From: Kudoa neothunni
Lineage: Eukaryota; Animalia; Cnidaria
Reading direction: 5' to 3'
NCBI GenBank assembly: GCA_964304625.1
Contig: OZ199838.1
Coordinates: forward strand, 8,143,550-8,207,549
Length of the DNA stretch: 64,000 nt
Part shown: positions 27,622-41,702 of the stretch, piece after piece
Numbering within the stretch: position 1 is the first letter of the stretch
How the letters are laid out: every line of letters begins with the position of its first letter
Translations under genes and position numbers: made by a program
The notes under the pieces: generated by a model
What the model saw: the letters and a program-made list of their open reading frames with translations, nothing else
Databases searched by the model: none
Told to the model about the DNA's origin: nothing

Positions 27622-29710
27622 CAGTCGAACTTGGATATTGCGTAATTTCACAAGTTTATTGAAATAAACGTATATTTTAGATTTTTAATTAAACATTGCG
27701 TATATACTATTTAAATAGATGTTGACAAAGCAAGTTAAGATAAAAATTTGTTACTAACGAAGTAAAAATTTAAGATATTGCGCTAAAACTAAAATCTCTC
27801 TACTGCGTAATATTTTATTTAGTTTAATTCCCCCTTAATCTTCTTTTCGAATTCTGCGAAAGAAAAATGACAAGGAACCAGCGAACGGTGGCTGGAAAAA
27901 ATTGAAATTATCGAATACTATAATTCAATTAAATCTCTTAAAGGGGCGAAAGCAATGACTGTTAAACATTTCAAGCTATCTAATAATATAAAATTATCTA
28001 ACCCCATTAAAGTATATTTGCAGGGCACTCTATATTTGATAGGATTTTAGCTGCTCAAAATGATATTATTAATTCTACCGTTTCAGCTTCAGGAAAAAGA
28101 ATGAAAGAAGGCAAGTACAGGGAGTTGGACAATTTACTCTATGCGTGGATCACTAAAATGCGAAATCAGAAGATTGTCCCTGCATACTTAATTGTTGAAA
28201 AGGCCAAAAGTATCGCTAAATCTATAGGGCTTGATGAATTTGCCGGTAGTGATGGTTGGTTCGTGGGATTTAAAAATAGATACTGTATTCATTATAAAAA
28301 ATTGCAAGATGAAGCCAGCAGTGTGAATAATTAAACTGTACTGGATTTTTTGGTTAAATTTCCAGAAATCTCACTAGGATACAAAAAATACAACATAATA
28401 AATGTGAATGAAACGTCTTTTTTTATGAACAGTTACTCTTACACGCGTATACTCTAAATGACGAACCCGACGTAAAGGAATGAAACAATCCAAGAAAAGG
28501 GTTACCGTTCTTGTGTCTGCGTCCTTAATAGGGGAAAAATTCCCATTTATTGTAATAGGGGAGTACCAAAAACCCAGGTGTTTTAATAAATCAGAGCCAC
28601 TTCCTTTGGAATATTATGCACAACAAAAATGCTTGGATGTCTTCTGAAATTTTTTACAGTGTCCTTAAATCCTATGATCAAAAATTCCAAGAAGAAAAAA
28701 AGGAAAGTTCTAATATTATTGGATCGGTGTCCTGTGCAACCACAAAACCTTCATGAATTTGAAAATGTTAAACTGGTACTTTTACCTAAAAACTCCACGT
28801 GTATTACAACCAATGGACCTTGGTGCCATAAGCAGTTTAAAATGTCAATATCGTAAAATTTTGACAAACTATCAATTATCTGAAGACAACAATTCAAATT
28901 TAATTAGTTATACCGTTTTGGACTGTATAAAAACTTTAAAGTAGGCATGGGAAAACGTATCTCCGACTACTATTCAAAATTGTTTCAGAAAATCTAGACT
29001 TGTTGAGCATTGTAATTCCATCCTTTATAACCCTGAATTAAAAATTATTAGATGGTGAAATCTTACCTCAAGATTTTCCTGATAATGTTGGTGAAAATTT
29101 TGTCACGCTTTTACATTTTTCATCAACCTTATTTTTTATTTAAAAAATTTGACGAAATCAACAACACTGAAGGGGAGGAAAAGTGCACGAGGAAACAATA
29201 GATTTACCTGAAACGCACGAAACTGATAAATCTAAAGGGAATGTCGATCTGGATTTTGTAAAAGATGAAACGCTTGTGTCAACTTAGGAACTTAAACAAG
29301 CGATCAATTTAATCAGAAACGCTCTTATGCAAGAAAACCCAAAAGCATTATTTTCAACGCACCCAGTTATGGATTTCATATTTGAAATAATTAAAAAGAG
29401 GCATAAACAGACGGAAATTACTAGTTATTTTAAACCAAAATAAATTTTTGTTCCTTTAGATAATGGGCTTGCGTCAATACCCTATATTGCAGTGCTTCCC
29501 AACTAAAACTGGACTCGCACCCCCATTTTTTGACAAATCGAAATTCGCACCCCTTTGCATACGATAAGATGTAACTGACTTAAAATTTATCAAAAATTAT
29601 TTTCAATTTTGATTGGATCTCGCACCACCTGAGACCAAAGTTCACACCCCCAGTTGGGAACCCCTGCTATATTGCGTAATTTTTTTGGAATGGAGAAAGT
29701 TTCAATATTC
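27622..29710 (+). mobile_element. Tigger/pogo (CENP-B HTH + DDE_1) transposon, decayed
   Basis: Left end TA|CAGTCGAACTTGGATATTGCG. Peptides LDNLLYAWITKMR...FAGSDGWFVGFKNRY, KVLILLDRCP and LQPMDLGAISSLKCQYRK. The right end is not clearly seen. Confidence 0.85.
29490..29666. mobile_element. hAT-type MITE (177 bp) nested in the Tigger 3' region
   Basis: TIR CAGTGCTTCCCAACT/AGTTGGGAACCCCTG. Perfect 8-bp TSD CTATATTG (29482-89, 29667-74). Repeated CGCACCCC subterminal motifs. Confidence 0.88.
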
Positions 29711-30160
29711 TACATGCCTGAGCAACAACCGTTAATAATGATTTATTGTGAAATATTTGTTAATAACATAAAATTTAAAAATAGGATAAACATTTTAATG
29801 TACCATTTGTATTCATATTTATATTCCTAATTGAGAAATATAGAAACAAGTATTTAAAATGGAGAATATGATGTTTACTACATCTCATATATGGGATTAG
29901 GAAAAATTTTTGACTCATTCCAGATGAGAAGAGTATATAATATTTTTTGGGTCATTCTCAACCAAAAAAGCCGCGAAAATCCATAAAAATGGGAGCCACA
30001 CGCTCCATAATAGCCGGATTAATATATCCTTGACTGTTTTTAATAAGATTATTCAGAGAAAAATATTCTCAATCAAAAGCGAAGCTTGTAAGTTCAGACT
30101 AGTTAGATAATAAAAAATTATTATAAAATATTTCCAGGACTATGGATACTATGGCGTTAA

Positions 30161-32670
30161 CCTTCCGAGCAGTTTTGGGTCCATTGGACCCCAGCACGAA
30201 TGTCGGGGGGGTTTTGCGGATCATCCATTGTCTAAAATGTCGACTTTACTATTATTCCTCAAAGATTTAATGTATTTTTAAATATTTTTTATTAATTTGA
30301 GATTTCTGTCTTATCGAGATTTTATATCAATTTTATAAACCTAGCATTTTATGGGTCCAACAGACCCCACATTTTTTTCATATATTATATTATAAAATTA
30401 TGAAAGAAAAATTTCAAGTTTATAAAAGTTTCTATCGTTGCAATCTATTAGAAAATTCGAGTTTGTTGGTTTTCGTAGGTGTGCGATTTCGCCCGATTGC
30501 ATCTTTGTTGTGAAATAGAAGAGATCGACCACGAATTTCCTACTACCGATGAATCTGATTTCAGCGAAATTAGAGATGATTATTTAGATGAATATTCATC
30601 TTCATCTACTACTGATTCTTCTGATGATTTAGATCACAACAATTTATACGTGGATAAAAATGTGGTGTGGACATCCGCTATCCCAACCACTACAAAATCT
30701 AGAAAAGAAAATATGATGACGAAAAAGCCGGGCATAACTGCATATGCAAACTCACGGATTTGTAATATTGATGATTGTTTTACTTATTCTTCAATGATGA
30801 ATTTGATGAAACCGTCACTGTCAACACAAACAAATATGGAGCTTTTCATTATGGTAAAAAATGGAAGATGCTAAATATTATTGAATTTAAAGCGTACCTT
30901 GGTATATTAATTTACATGTCAATATTCAAATCCAAAATGGAATCCCTCAAACAGTTATAAAGTATTGATAAAGGGCGTGAGATTTTCCGAAAGATTATGC
31001 TATTGGCAAGGTTTACACAGATTAGCAGAAGTCTCATTTTTGATGACTATGAGACTAGAGAAATTGGCAAGGTCAACAACAAATTCTGCTACATAAGGGA
31101 TGTATTTGAAAAATGGAAAAATATTTTACCCATATGTTTAATTCCGCATGATGATCTAACTGTTGATGCACAACTAGTTGCGTTTCGTGGTAGATGTTCA
31201 TTTAAACAATATACACCTTCCAAATCAGCTGTGTATGGCAAAAGTTTTTTCTTCTGACTGATCCAATCACCAACTTTACCCACAATATATCTGTCTGTCT
31301 CGGTGGAAATAAAAATACCCAACGAGTAACAAATGTGGGAGAAAATGTCGTTTTGGATCTTTGTTCTTATTTTAAAGGAACCGGTTGAAACATCGTATGT
31401 GATAACTTTTTCTCATCGGTTTCATTGGGGAAAAAACTTCTTGATCTAAATTTAACATTGTTAGGAACACTCAGACATAATAAAGAGACAACCTGCCTAT
31501 ATTAAAGCCACGAAAATCAAGAGAGGTTTTTTCGTCTACTTTTGTATTCAATGGCAAAAATATGCTATTATCATATGTACCAAAAAAGAATAAGGCAGTT
31601 ATTTTACTAGCTACTTCTTCCAACGACACAAATATTACAGATAATAAAACAACAAAACCTGAAGTTATTGTGGACTACAATAAAACCAAAGGAGTCGTGG
31701 ATACGATCGATCGAATATTGTCAATGACGAGCGTAAAAAGATATACCAAAAGATGGCCAATAGTGATTTTTTACGACATGATTGATATAAGCCTGGTAAA
31801 TTCCTATTACTTATACAAAGTCATTTTCAAGAACCCCAGTATCTCAAGAAATCAGTATTTGGAACAGTTGGCGGATTCATTAATCAAACCTTTTGTCGGC
31901 GGCGATGAATCTATTCCATTCGATGAAAATACTCTCTCTTTACGAAAAAAAGATGTAACATTTGTGCTAGGTTATCTGATAAAAAACAAAAATACGCTGT
32001 TATAAGTGCTCGAAACATTGCTGCAATAGCCATTCAAAAATTATTTGTTGTAACTGTGTAGATCAACCTAAAAATTAATCTATATATCTGTTTTGTTTAT
32101 TACTTTGTTCTTACTGATACATTCTTCAATCATAAATGTAAATTTGCGATAGATCATAGTGCGACATGTATATCTAAATTGCCAATGTTGAGAAAATTAG
32201 GTGTCGTTGTGATTATTATATCTGATGTGATAGACATAGAAAGTTTGAAACATGTTGTAAATATATTTATAACTTTAAGAGCGTTTTATGTTTGAAATAG
32301 TACGATAATAATGAAATAAATTCTAATAATAATAATACCAGATTCATACAAACTGTACCAGCTATCTTTTAAGTATAGCTTTATTAGATTTTTTCCAATT
32401 ATAATTTGTACATAATATTTTTCATTATACGATGCGATTTAATCAACCTAAAATAGAGAATTAACAAAAATAAAGCGAATTTATTCTTCGGTGATTTCCG
32501 GATTACGTCGGAAACGCAATATTTGGGATTTTTTTCTACGATCGAATTTTTTAGAAAACTTAGAAACTTCCTTTTATAATTTTTAAAATGAAATAAACGA
32601 ATACAAACCTGGGGTGCATTGGATCCCAAAAAACGCTTGGAGTATAGTCAGTTTTGGCATGCTCGGAAGG
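30161..32670 (+). mobile_element. piggyBac transposon with degenerate transposase (~30479-32075)
   Basis: TTAA TSDs, 11-bp TIR CCTTCCGAGCA. Motifs LTVDAQLVAFRGRCSFKQY and DYNKTKGVVDTID. Many stops and frameshifts. Confidence 0.92.
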
Positions 32671-33899
32671 TTAATGTACTGGAACTGTTTATATTGTGTA
32701 AATTATATTTTTTCTACAAATATTGTTCTAATATAATTTTGGTCTTTTTAAAATTTTATTTAATTACTTAACTAGATAAATAACTCAAGAAGGATTATGA
32801 GATGCGGCGCACCCACGTGCGTTGTCATTTTTATAAATGTCCGGACTATTTACAGGTCATAGGGTTTTAGACGATGAAACGGTCAAATTGGTAATTAATT
32901 TTAGGCTTTTTTGGGGCGTGGAATTGGTGAGTATTTTTATTGATATAGTAATGCTTACCGCAACTACATATCGTTTATGCAGAATTATGCGTTACATTTC
33001 TTTTGTAATTATGATAGCTTAAATCTAAAATTAATAGAATATTTTATAAACTATTATTTATAGCATTTCCGATTTTTTATGTAAGATTTAAAATTATCAT
33101 ATTTTAAATTTTCACAACCAATATTTCCAGCATGGCTATATAATATGCAGTTTAACAATATTGATTTTTTATCCATTTTCTCTGTTTATAAATGAGTCTT
33201 CATCGTATCATTTTGTTCTCAGCTAAGGTAATTAACTAAGGAAAACTATTAACTGGAGGTGCATTACCCTCCGTTAGTGTATAAATACTAAATCTTTGTT
33301 ATAGGATTATATATTTTTTAAAAATTGGACGCTAGACAGCTCATTTAATTGTAAATTTTTCGTGATGAGTTTTGTTTATAGTGCCTAAGTGATAATCTCT
33401 TCCATTATTTGCTAATACTATAAATTATGTGGGTGTTAACCCTACCGTGTACTTATTATTGCATCTTAATTAAATAAATTTCCTTTCCACTAGTTTGAAA
33501 AAGCGTTTCCTAATTTATACCTTTAAATTTTATATTAATGACCTTTTATTGCAAATCGAATAATAATGATACATTTAGTTTATATCCGAAACTGCACAGT
33601 TACTTCAAGTATATTTCTATTGCACCTATTTAGCTCGGTTCATGTTAAATAGCTAGTTGTAGATTATCAAAACCAAGGACGGGTGGATATGGCTTTCAAG
33701 TGATATTAGGTTGATTATGCACCAAAATTGTAATGTTTCACGTAGAGTTTCGAAAATGGCCCATAGAAATTTATGGGTTCTTTCAACTATTCTAGATATA
33801 ACTGAGAATTGCCCCAAAAAATGAAAGCCCCTTTTTTTGAATTTCATAATCACTTATTTCTACGCATGCGCGTTTCACCTCGTTTGTTTAAGTTCCGCG

Positions 33900-35458
33900 A
33901 TGGGTCTGGTGTTAGGTTGTTTTTCAGCGTCACTAGCCTCACTAGGATGTTGCTTTACACAAGCTGCGTGCCGAATGTGTTGCAGTTCATGTCCAACAGC
34001 AAAATATTCAACTGCCACTAGAGTCGGCTACACTCTATTGATGTTTATTGGTGTTTTATTTTCTTACCTGACCAAAGCTGAATTTGTTAAAAAATGGCTG
34101 GTTAAAATACCGTCACTTTGCCAAAATGTAGTTTGCAGTCGGTTCCCTAGACATTGAATTTATTAATATTAATAGATGGAACAAAGCGAGTGTTTGGTAA
34201 TAATATCCGAAGAATGTATTATGAGAATATGGATGACATATGCCATATTTTTTATGTTTATGTCTATATTCACTATTGACGTACGAACAAGTCATGACAT
34301 ACGAGCCATGTTTCACACTGGTTTCTGGATTTTTAAGCTGATAATTTTGATTGGAGTTACCGTTGGATTATCGTTTGTGAAAATAGCATCCCAGTTCAGC
34401 TACAGTGAGTTGATATATTAGGTAATGATTTGATAGGTTTCTATAGCTGCGGTAATACTTGGATTCATCGGCACAATAATTTTCCTTCTTATCCAACTGG
34501 TGATGATTATCGATTTTGTGTACATTTGGAATAGCTCGTGGACTGCAAAAGCTGAAGATACCTCCAGTAATGTTTGGTATGGAGGTCTTTTTACCTTTAC
34601 TACACTGATGTACACAAGCACGTTCGCTTTTATTATTGTGATGTATGTGTTGTTGGCAAAGTCTGCCGTGAGTTCATGTGCTTTACCAAAATTTTTAACA
34701 TCTTTTCAATTGATATGTTGTGTCATTATATCAATTGTTGCGATACTGCCTCAAATTCAAGACAATATTCCGTCGTCTGGTGTGTGTTTGTTTGTGTGTA
34801 GATTTTTGTATTTGATTTTAGGTCTTTTGCAGGCATCTGCTATCTCCTTGTATACTACTTATCAGATATTTTCAGCTTTGCTTAATAATCATAGTAAATG
34901 TTGACTGAATTAATTGTTAATTGTTGGTATATTATTGTTGATTAAGGTGGTTGTAACCACTTCAGCAGCATGAATTCCACCCTTTCCGTGGTTTTTTCGA
35001 TTTTATCTGCGTTGTTCACATTGTTTATGGTTACCTTCTCATCTTTACAGAACGATGATCAAACAAAAACCCAAATGCTAGGTATCCAAAATTCACCCAG
35101 TAGTGATATTGGTATCAGCAATACGGCAGACAAAAGGGATGGAACCTACGGTAGTGGCAGAGCTGCTCAAGAAGTGTATGACGACGAAGAAGATGGTGTT
35201 GCCTACAGCTATTCGTTGTTCCATTCTATGCTAACAATGTGTTCACTCTATATGATGATGGTGCTCACGAATTGGTACATGTAAGCGTAGTTGTTACAAT
35301 TCACTTTCCTAAAACTATCTAGCCCTAAAAATTATGTTTCCGGGAATGACGTCGCATTGTGGACACGTGTTGTTACTGGTTGGTGCTGTCATATTTTATA
35401 TATCTGGACGTTGGTCGCACCAATGATTCTTACAGATAGGGACTTCGGATATGATTAA
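33900..35458 (+). CDS. SERINC: Serine incorporator (SERINC/TDE/TMS1 family) membrane protein, 6 exons
   Basis: Cys-rich N-terminus MGLVLG...CC...STATRVGY, plus HTGFWIFK, GLLQAS, YSYSLFH, YMMMVLTNW and the C-terminus YIWTLVAPMILTDRDF. Introns at 34128-175, 34405-446, 34780-821, 34893-946 and 35281-322. Confidence 0.93.
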
Positions 35459-36518
35459 GTTCCCTATAAACTAAATAAAGTTTTATTCTCTGTGGATATA
35501 TCTATTATAATTGTATTCTGTTAAGTGCGTTAATGCGCGCTTCATTTATAGAATTTTTTCAAAAGTTTTTACATGTTAAAATCTTTGGCGATTGTAGAGA
35601 CTATATTCTTTTAAATTTGTGGATAATTACACGCCAGTTTTTTTCCATCGTAAGAAAATTAACTAATTTAAATAGCTAAGTTTGATTGATTTATCAATTG
35701 AGAAATCTAACAAAAACTCTTTGTGGTAACGTAAATTTAGTCTTACAATTTTCGTCCCATTAAATATACAGAGTAATCGTAAGTCGATGCAATTTTTTGT
35801 TGTAGTGGGTGAGACGTGGTTCGTAATGATGTGTAGCTCGTAAGTTCCAAAAATGTTACAAAATTAACGTACAGTAAGATTATTATAAGTAATTTATTTC
35901 TCAACCGATTTAAAAACGTTCATTTGACCATTAATAATATAAAGGAAATATTTTAAAATCAATTAATTCCGCCCGCCAATCTTTGCCTCCGCAAAACTTG
36001 GGCAGCGCGTGCGCACCAGAGTTTCTTTTTATTTAGTCTTTTTGTAGGTTTAAATTATAGTTATGTAATAACTACGTATATTAATCAATTATATTATAGA
36101 TATTCTTATTTTTAATGTATAATTGGTGTATTAAAATAAATCAGTTGACACGTATGCATACCTTTTCTTTTCTCAATGTTATGCGTTGCTATTTGCTTTT
36201 GTGTTTTCAATATAAAATAAAATTCATAATCCTATTGTATAATTTATATTTAAATCCGTTATCATGTTAATGCTTAAAAACTGATGGAAAGTATGTAGAT
36301 ATTATCACTTATTTTTGGTGGCATATAAACACTGATTGCCAAAACCATTGCTTATAAGCCGGCATCATTTAGTTCTTTTTTATAATATTTAAATCCAACT
36401 TACCATAGTAGAAAAATAACAATTAAAAATTAATCTTATAAAGTTTTTATTTTTATCCTGAGTCTTAAGATTTAATAATAGTATACGAAAGATGTTAAGG
36501 GATAAAAATTATATACAA

Positions 36519-37696
36519 CTTGCTCGAACTGCCCAGCGTTGCTTGGGGAAGATTTCGCCTAGAGGCATTTTTTAATAGCATTCAAAAAATATATTGAAAT
36601 CTCGAATTAACCAATAGAAACGAAATAACTAAAAAATTTTAAGCAACTTACTATAACGATTTGGATTATGCAATTTAAATTATGATAATTTCTGTGAATG
36701 AAAGTATCAATCCCTGGTCCATTCAAAAATTTCGTGGCTCGGCACCAACGCTAAACAGTTTAAGGTCAGCATTGTATTTTGTTCATTCCGAATTATTTAA
36801 ATCCCGTTAAAATGTTATCTAAAACGTTATTTTTTGGCCCGGAGGATTTTTAAATGTCGAATTCTAGCCTGGATCGGTAACTGGGTGCACCACTAACTTT
36901 TTAAGAGATAAAAAAAATAGAAAAAATAAAAGAGATGGAAGAAAACTTATGAAAATTAATCGATATTGCTAAAATTAGCATCGTTTAGCTCGGCATAAAC
37001 ATACATGCGCTTTTATCGTAAACAGCCACAAATTGCGTCGATTTCAACATAAACAATTTAAATAATTTGGTGAAATAAAAGTACAACCATCCGCATTGAA
37101 TTTAATCACATAAAGTAAAACTTAGCGGACAATTTAATGAAACCTATGAACGCAGTATCTCCATTATAACGCTTCAATCAACGTAACTTTAACGTTCTCC
37201 ACGAATTCGTTATTTATGAAACATATAGATTTTTTATCACATTGAAAACCATTAATAGAACTTATAAAATATACTTATCGAGTCATATACGTTAAAACTC
37301 CGCAAATAAGGAGTGTGTTTAAATAGACACCCAAATAGAAACGCCAACCTTATATATAAAGATAGATGGAAGCAATTAATGAACATATGATGGAGCATAT
37401 AAGGGAGATAGTTAACTTCAACCGACCATAACCATGAAATAAGCAAGTGCTAATCCTATAGCTGAACTCATTTAATCCCAAAACAAACTTTAAATCGACA
37501 AAATCACTATTTCATAAATACTTTTTGGAAACTTTCGTAGTCCGACAACAATTAAACGATTTTTTTAAATATCACAAATTTATAAAAATTTTATATATGG
37601 CTCTCTATAAGGAAAAAAATTATCCGCGCATGCGTACTTAGGGGCATACACACACAAACAAACATATCGACAGTCCTCTTTTATATATATAAAGGA
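36519..37696 (-). mobile_element. Non-autonomous Helitron, family A copy 2
   Basis: Near-identical to 5552-6594 but retains an extra ~136-bp internal segment. The 3' CTAG is mutated to CAAG. Confidence 0.85.
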
Positions 37697-37740
37697 TTTT
37701 ATAAGTGATAGTAACTGTCACAGAGATGACAGGGTTCATA

Positions 37741-39195
37741 AATTTGACGATAGAGAACAAAAAATTCGCAAAGGGAAAATCTGTCCGCACGTGCGCAAAG
37801 AGACAATTTTTAAAATGAAATATAATTTAATTTTAGAAGGAAAACTATTCGAATTTCCAAGAATATGTTTTAGCGATAAGATTTAGAAAATCCATTCCTT
37901 TAAATGAATTGTAATTTTCACATATTGATTTGATACCAGCTATCTTTTTATCATACATTGAGCGTGCAGTTTTCCCTGTGTTTGATAGTTGGAATTCGAT
38001 ATCGTTTTCAATATTGCTTTGACAAACTTTTAGCTTATCACAAAAAGAAGGCAACTCTGGATGACACTGTTCAAAGCGGTTTTTGAAAATTCTGTCATAT
38101 GCATTCCAGCACTCAATTGGATATTTGGAGCCATTCAAGAAATTTTTTTCAAAGTATTTAAAAAATTCTGACAAATTTAGTTCGTTGAAAGTAGATGATT
38201 TTTTAAGGATTTTTTTGTATTTAATATGGATAAAATCTGCAGGGACAAGAGCCAACGAAGAAACAGTTTTCATAAATAATTTGAATTCCTGATTATGAAG
38301 AAATTCTTCGGAGAGACCAAGCTGTTGAATCTTCCTCCAAAGGCATTGTCCTAGATGAAATAAACAAAAATAAACTTGACATTTTGTTGCTTTTAAAAAA
38401 GCAACAAACGCTGCAATTTCAAAATCGATGACCACGTAATCTGGAAGTTTCTGTTCGCATTTTTCATAAAGGGTACTAAAGGCACGCATGTAATCGTTTT
38501 CCTTTTTACTTTTCATTAGAATAAATGCTAATGAAAAGGTTTTAGAGTTAATTTCTCCATGAATTGCGTAGAGTTGCAAAAATTCATTTGGGCAAACTTT
38601 AAACGTTCCATCGGAAATCAAGCATCTTGAATTTTTCAAGTGAACCAAATTTCGTTCAGTTGCAAAAATGACGATTCTATCGCTTTCATTCACTCCAGAG
38701 TCATATAAACAAAAGGGCTCATTTCGAAATGTACAAAAGTTCAGTTCTTGAAGGTTTTTGGTTTTGTCCACAACTATGGAATTTCTCTTTCTGATGTTCC
38801 GAATATTTTTAAAAGTATGGCTTTTATTAAGTACTGGAAGATCACACAATTTTAAGGTACTTGTTGCGTAGTATACGAGGTATTCTTAGCAATATCTTGA
38901 ATCTTGGACGACAAAAATCTTTTTGACATGTCATTTTCAGACAATGTATGGTTATGATCATCAGTTGATAAAATAATTTCCACTGGATCCGAAAGATTCG
39001 TTCTGATTTTCGCAGGGCAAGTTCTCTTTTGGCATCTCCAAGAAGTAAACATTTTTCCAACATGGTGTTTAGTATAAAAATAGTTTTTATAAAAAATCAA
39101 ATCCGTATTGGAGCATGTTTTAATAATTTGGCAATTTGGACTAACCATTATAAAGCAGATTAACTCGCGCGGACAGATTTTCTCCATGTCAAATT
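37741..39195 (-). mobile_element. MULE (Mutator-like) transposon: FLYWCH zinc finger + DDE transposase, one frameshift at ~38850
   Basis: FYT...WRCQKRTCPA...HNH, then DGTFKVCP...QLY, IDFE and CLFHLGQCLWRKIQQLGL. Inverted repeat GAAAATCTGTCCGC near 37773 and 39182. Confidence 0.87.
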
Positions 39196-39271
39196 ATTCC
39201 ATTAAAAATTTCCTATCTCATTTCATTTGTCTGATTTAAGACATTACTTAAATATCGTAATTAAATAAATA

Positions 39272-41067
39272 CAGTAGGTAATCGATTTTCGGTAATTTCA
39301 GACTATCTTCCCTTAAACATTATTCTAATATTTTAAACTATATATTTTATTTTGTTTGTCGGCTTAAACAATAGTTTACATAATTTTAAAAATTGAACAT
39401 TAGAAAGTGGGGTTTTCCTATTATTAACGCTTAACCGATTTTCCGTAACTTTTCAGCTATAGGCGGATTTAATGGTGCCTTTTTTTACATTTATATTTGG
39501 AAAGTTTAAAAATGGGGAAATAATAAAACTAAAATATAAATTTAATGTTTTTTTTTAAGTACACTAAACAGGAGTGCGAAAAAACTACTTTTCGTAAATT
39601 TAAGCTTCCTTCTATTTCTACTCTAGATATCATCTTAATTAGGAAGAAAGATATAATTTATGTTATAAACTGGCTTGGCTTCTTCAGAGAGAAAAAATTT
39701 TAAACAATGTTCAAATCACGACATCAATACTATAGTATATGAATGGGTGATTTACTTGAGATAAACGAAAATTGAACTATCTGCTCATGATATACACGAA
39801 AGAAACCAATTGGCAAAAGAATTGAACCTAAGCGTAGTAATGATTCATGATTGATTTCTTGGTTTTAAATCGCGATGGAATTTAAAAATATCACTGCCCA
39901 TGGCGATGCTGCTTATGTTGACTAAAGTTTTGTAGAAAATTGGTAACAACGATGACTGTACCTATAACCTTGACGAAACTGCACTATTGTACTAACATTA
40001 TTGAGGTCCATTATCTTTAAAGCTATATTTTGTCGAGAGAAAAAAATTCCAACGGGAAAAAAATCTAAAAAATAATTACTGTTTTACGGCATGTATCTAT
40101 GCCTGGAGGTTGCATTGGTTCTCTTGTGATTGGAGATCACAAAAACCACATTGTTTTAAGAATGCCAAAACATTTATAGTAAAATACAAATCAAACAGGA
40201 AAGAATGGATGACTAGGGAAACATTTAACAAATATCTTTCTAATTTTAACAATGTATCCAAAACGAAGTACAAGAAAGTTTACTATTTCTTAATAATGCC
40301 AATTGACACGCCGAAATTCATTTGTCCAATATCGTTCTTATACTCCTTACAAAAGACTCAACTAGCGTTTTGCAACTATTAGACATTAGACTATGGAATC
40401 ATTTGCTCATTCAAATAAAATTACAAAAATACTTAAATAGAAAGCCATATCGCTGCAATTAGCAATGATATAAATACATCCTCCCAAGGTATGCTTCAAA
40501 CATTGTTCCTAATTATAAATAATGGGACGGTGTTTCAAAGGATATTGTATTTAACCGATTCAGAAAATATGAGTTTCCTACAGCCGATAAATACGAGCAT
40601 TCATCAAATATTAATTTTAGAAATAAATAATTCACAGCTAGAAATTCCGAGATTATTCAAGAGGAAGTCATTATGCCTACATCAAAACACTTTGACAAGC
40701 TCACTCCTTTGATTGTTGAATCTGTTAACTTTGAAACCGAAGATGAACGACTGGTAGACTTTATATCATCAAAAGATTCGTTTAAATGTTTAAACATGCA
40801 GAAAAATATATAGAGAAGAATTGATTATCTGGACGAAATGATGAGGTAGAATCATAAAATTACGGTATACACAAAAAAATATGGTTAAAAATAACATAAA
40901 ACAGCATACTGTTTCAATAAAAGTAGATAATTGTATAAATGGGATTAATTTCTTTAAAATAGGTCTATTGTGCGCGCGCAGAAAGTTACAGAAAATACGT
41001 CACTGACGCATTTTCAGTACCTTACCCATGGTCCCGAGGGGATTAGGGGAAAATCTATTACCTACTG
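39272..41067 (+). mobile_element. Tigger/pogo transposon, decayed
   Basis: TA TSDs and TIR CAGTAGGTAATCGATTTT/AAAATCTATTACCTACTG. Fragments NLDETAL and IG..QKPHCFKN...YKSNRKEWMT. A second Tigger-like C-terminus (...ITITKYFSQK*) follows at 41070-41167. Confidence 0.8.
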
Positions 41068-41511
41068 TAGTTATAAACGTCAAACGGATATTGAACAAGA
41101 AGTACACAACATAATTGTCAGAAAACTTAAAAATATTACAATAACTAAGTATTTTTCCCAAAAATAATTTATTATAGTGGACTTACAGCATTTTTTCTTG
41201 TATAGTATCGCGCGCGCAATCTCAGAAATTACGAACCACACGTCACTCAATTAATAGTTGACATAGATGCCTGTACAATATGGCATAGTGATGTTAGGTC
41301 GAGATCGCATACCATGAGGTTTCCCGTTCGAAGCCTAGTCCGGGCGTTCCTGTACTTCTAGTCCGAAAGTAAATAGGAAAGCTGTAGTAATCGCAAGGAT
41401 CTACGATTTATCGTGACCTTGCTTGCAACTAGGATGGGAGCCTGGCAGAAGGGTAGATTCGGACGCTCGTAAACGCCAGGGTACAGGAACGAAATACAAC
41501 CCAGTAGGGGG

Positions 41512-41640
41512 TGTAACACGGATTAACATTGTTAATCCATGTTATCAGAATAACATACATAGGCTGCCGTAAGGCGGCCTTAGCGTTCGGATAGTTTAGT
41601 TATTGTCCTTTTGTTGAACGTGGACTTTCTTGGCGTTACA
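41512..41640 (+). repeat. 5' LTR
   Basis: Base-for-base identical to 45712-45840. Confidence 0.97.
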
Positions 41641-41702
41641 TTTGGTGACAGGGGAACAAACGAACAAATAAAAACTGAATAACGTACATAATTGGTTCAA
41701 TA

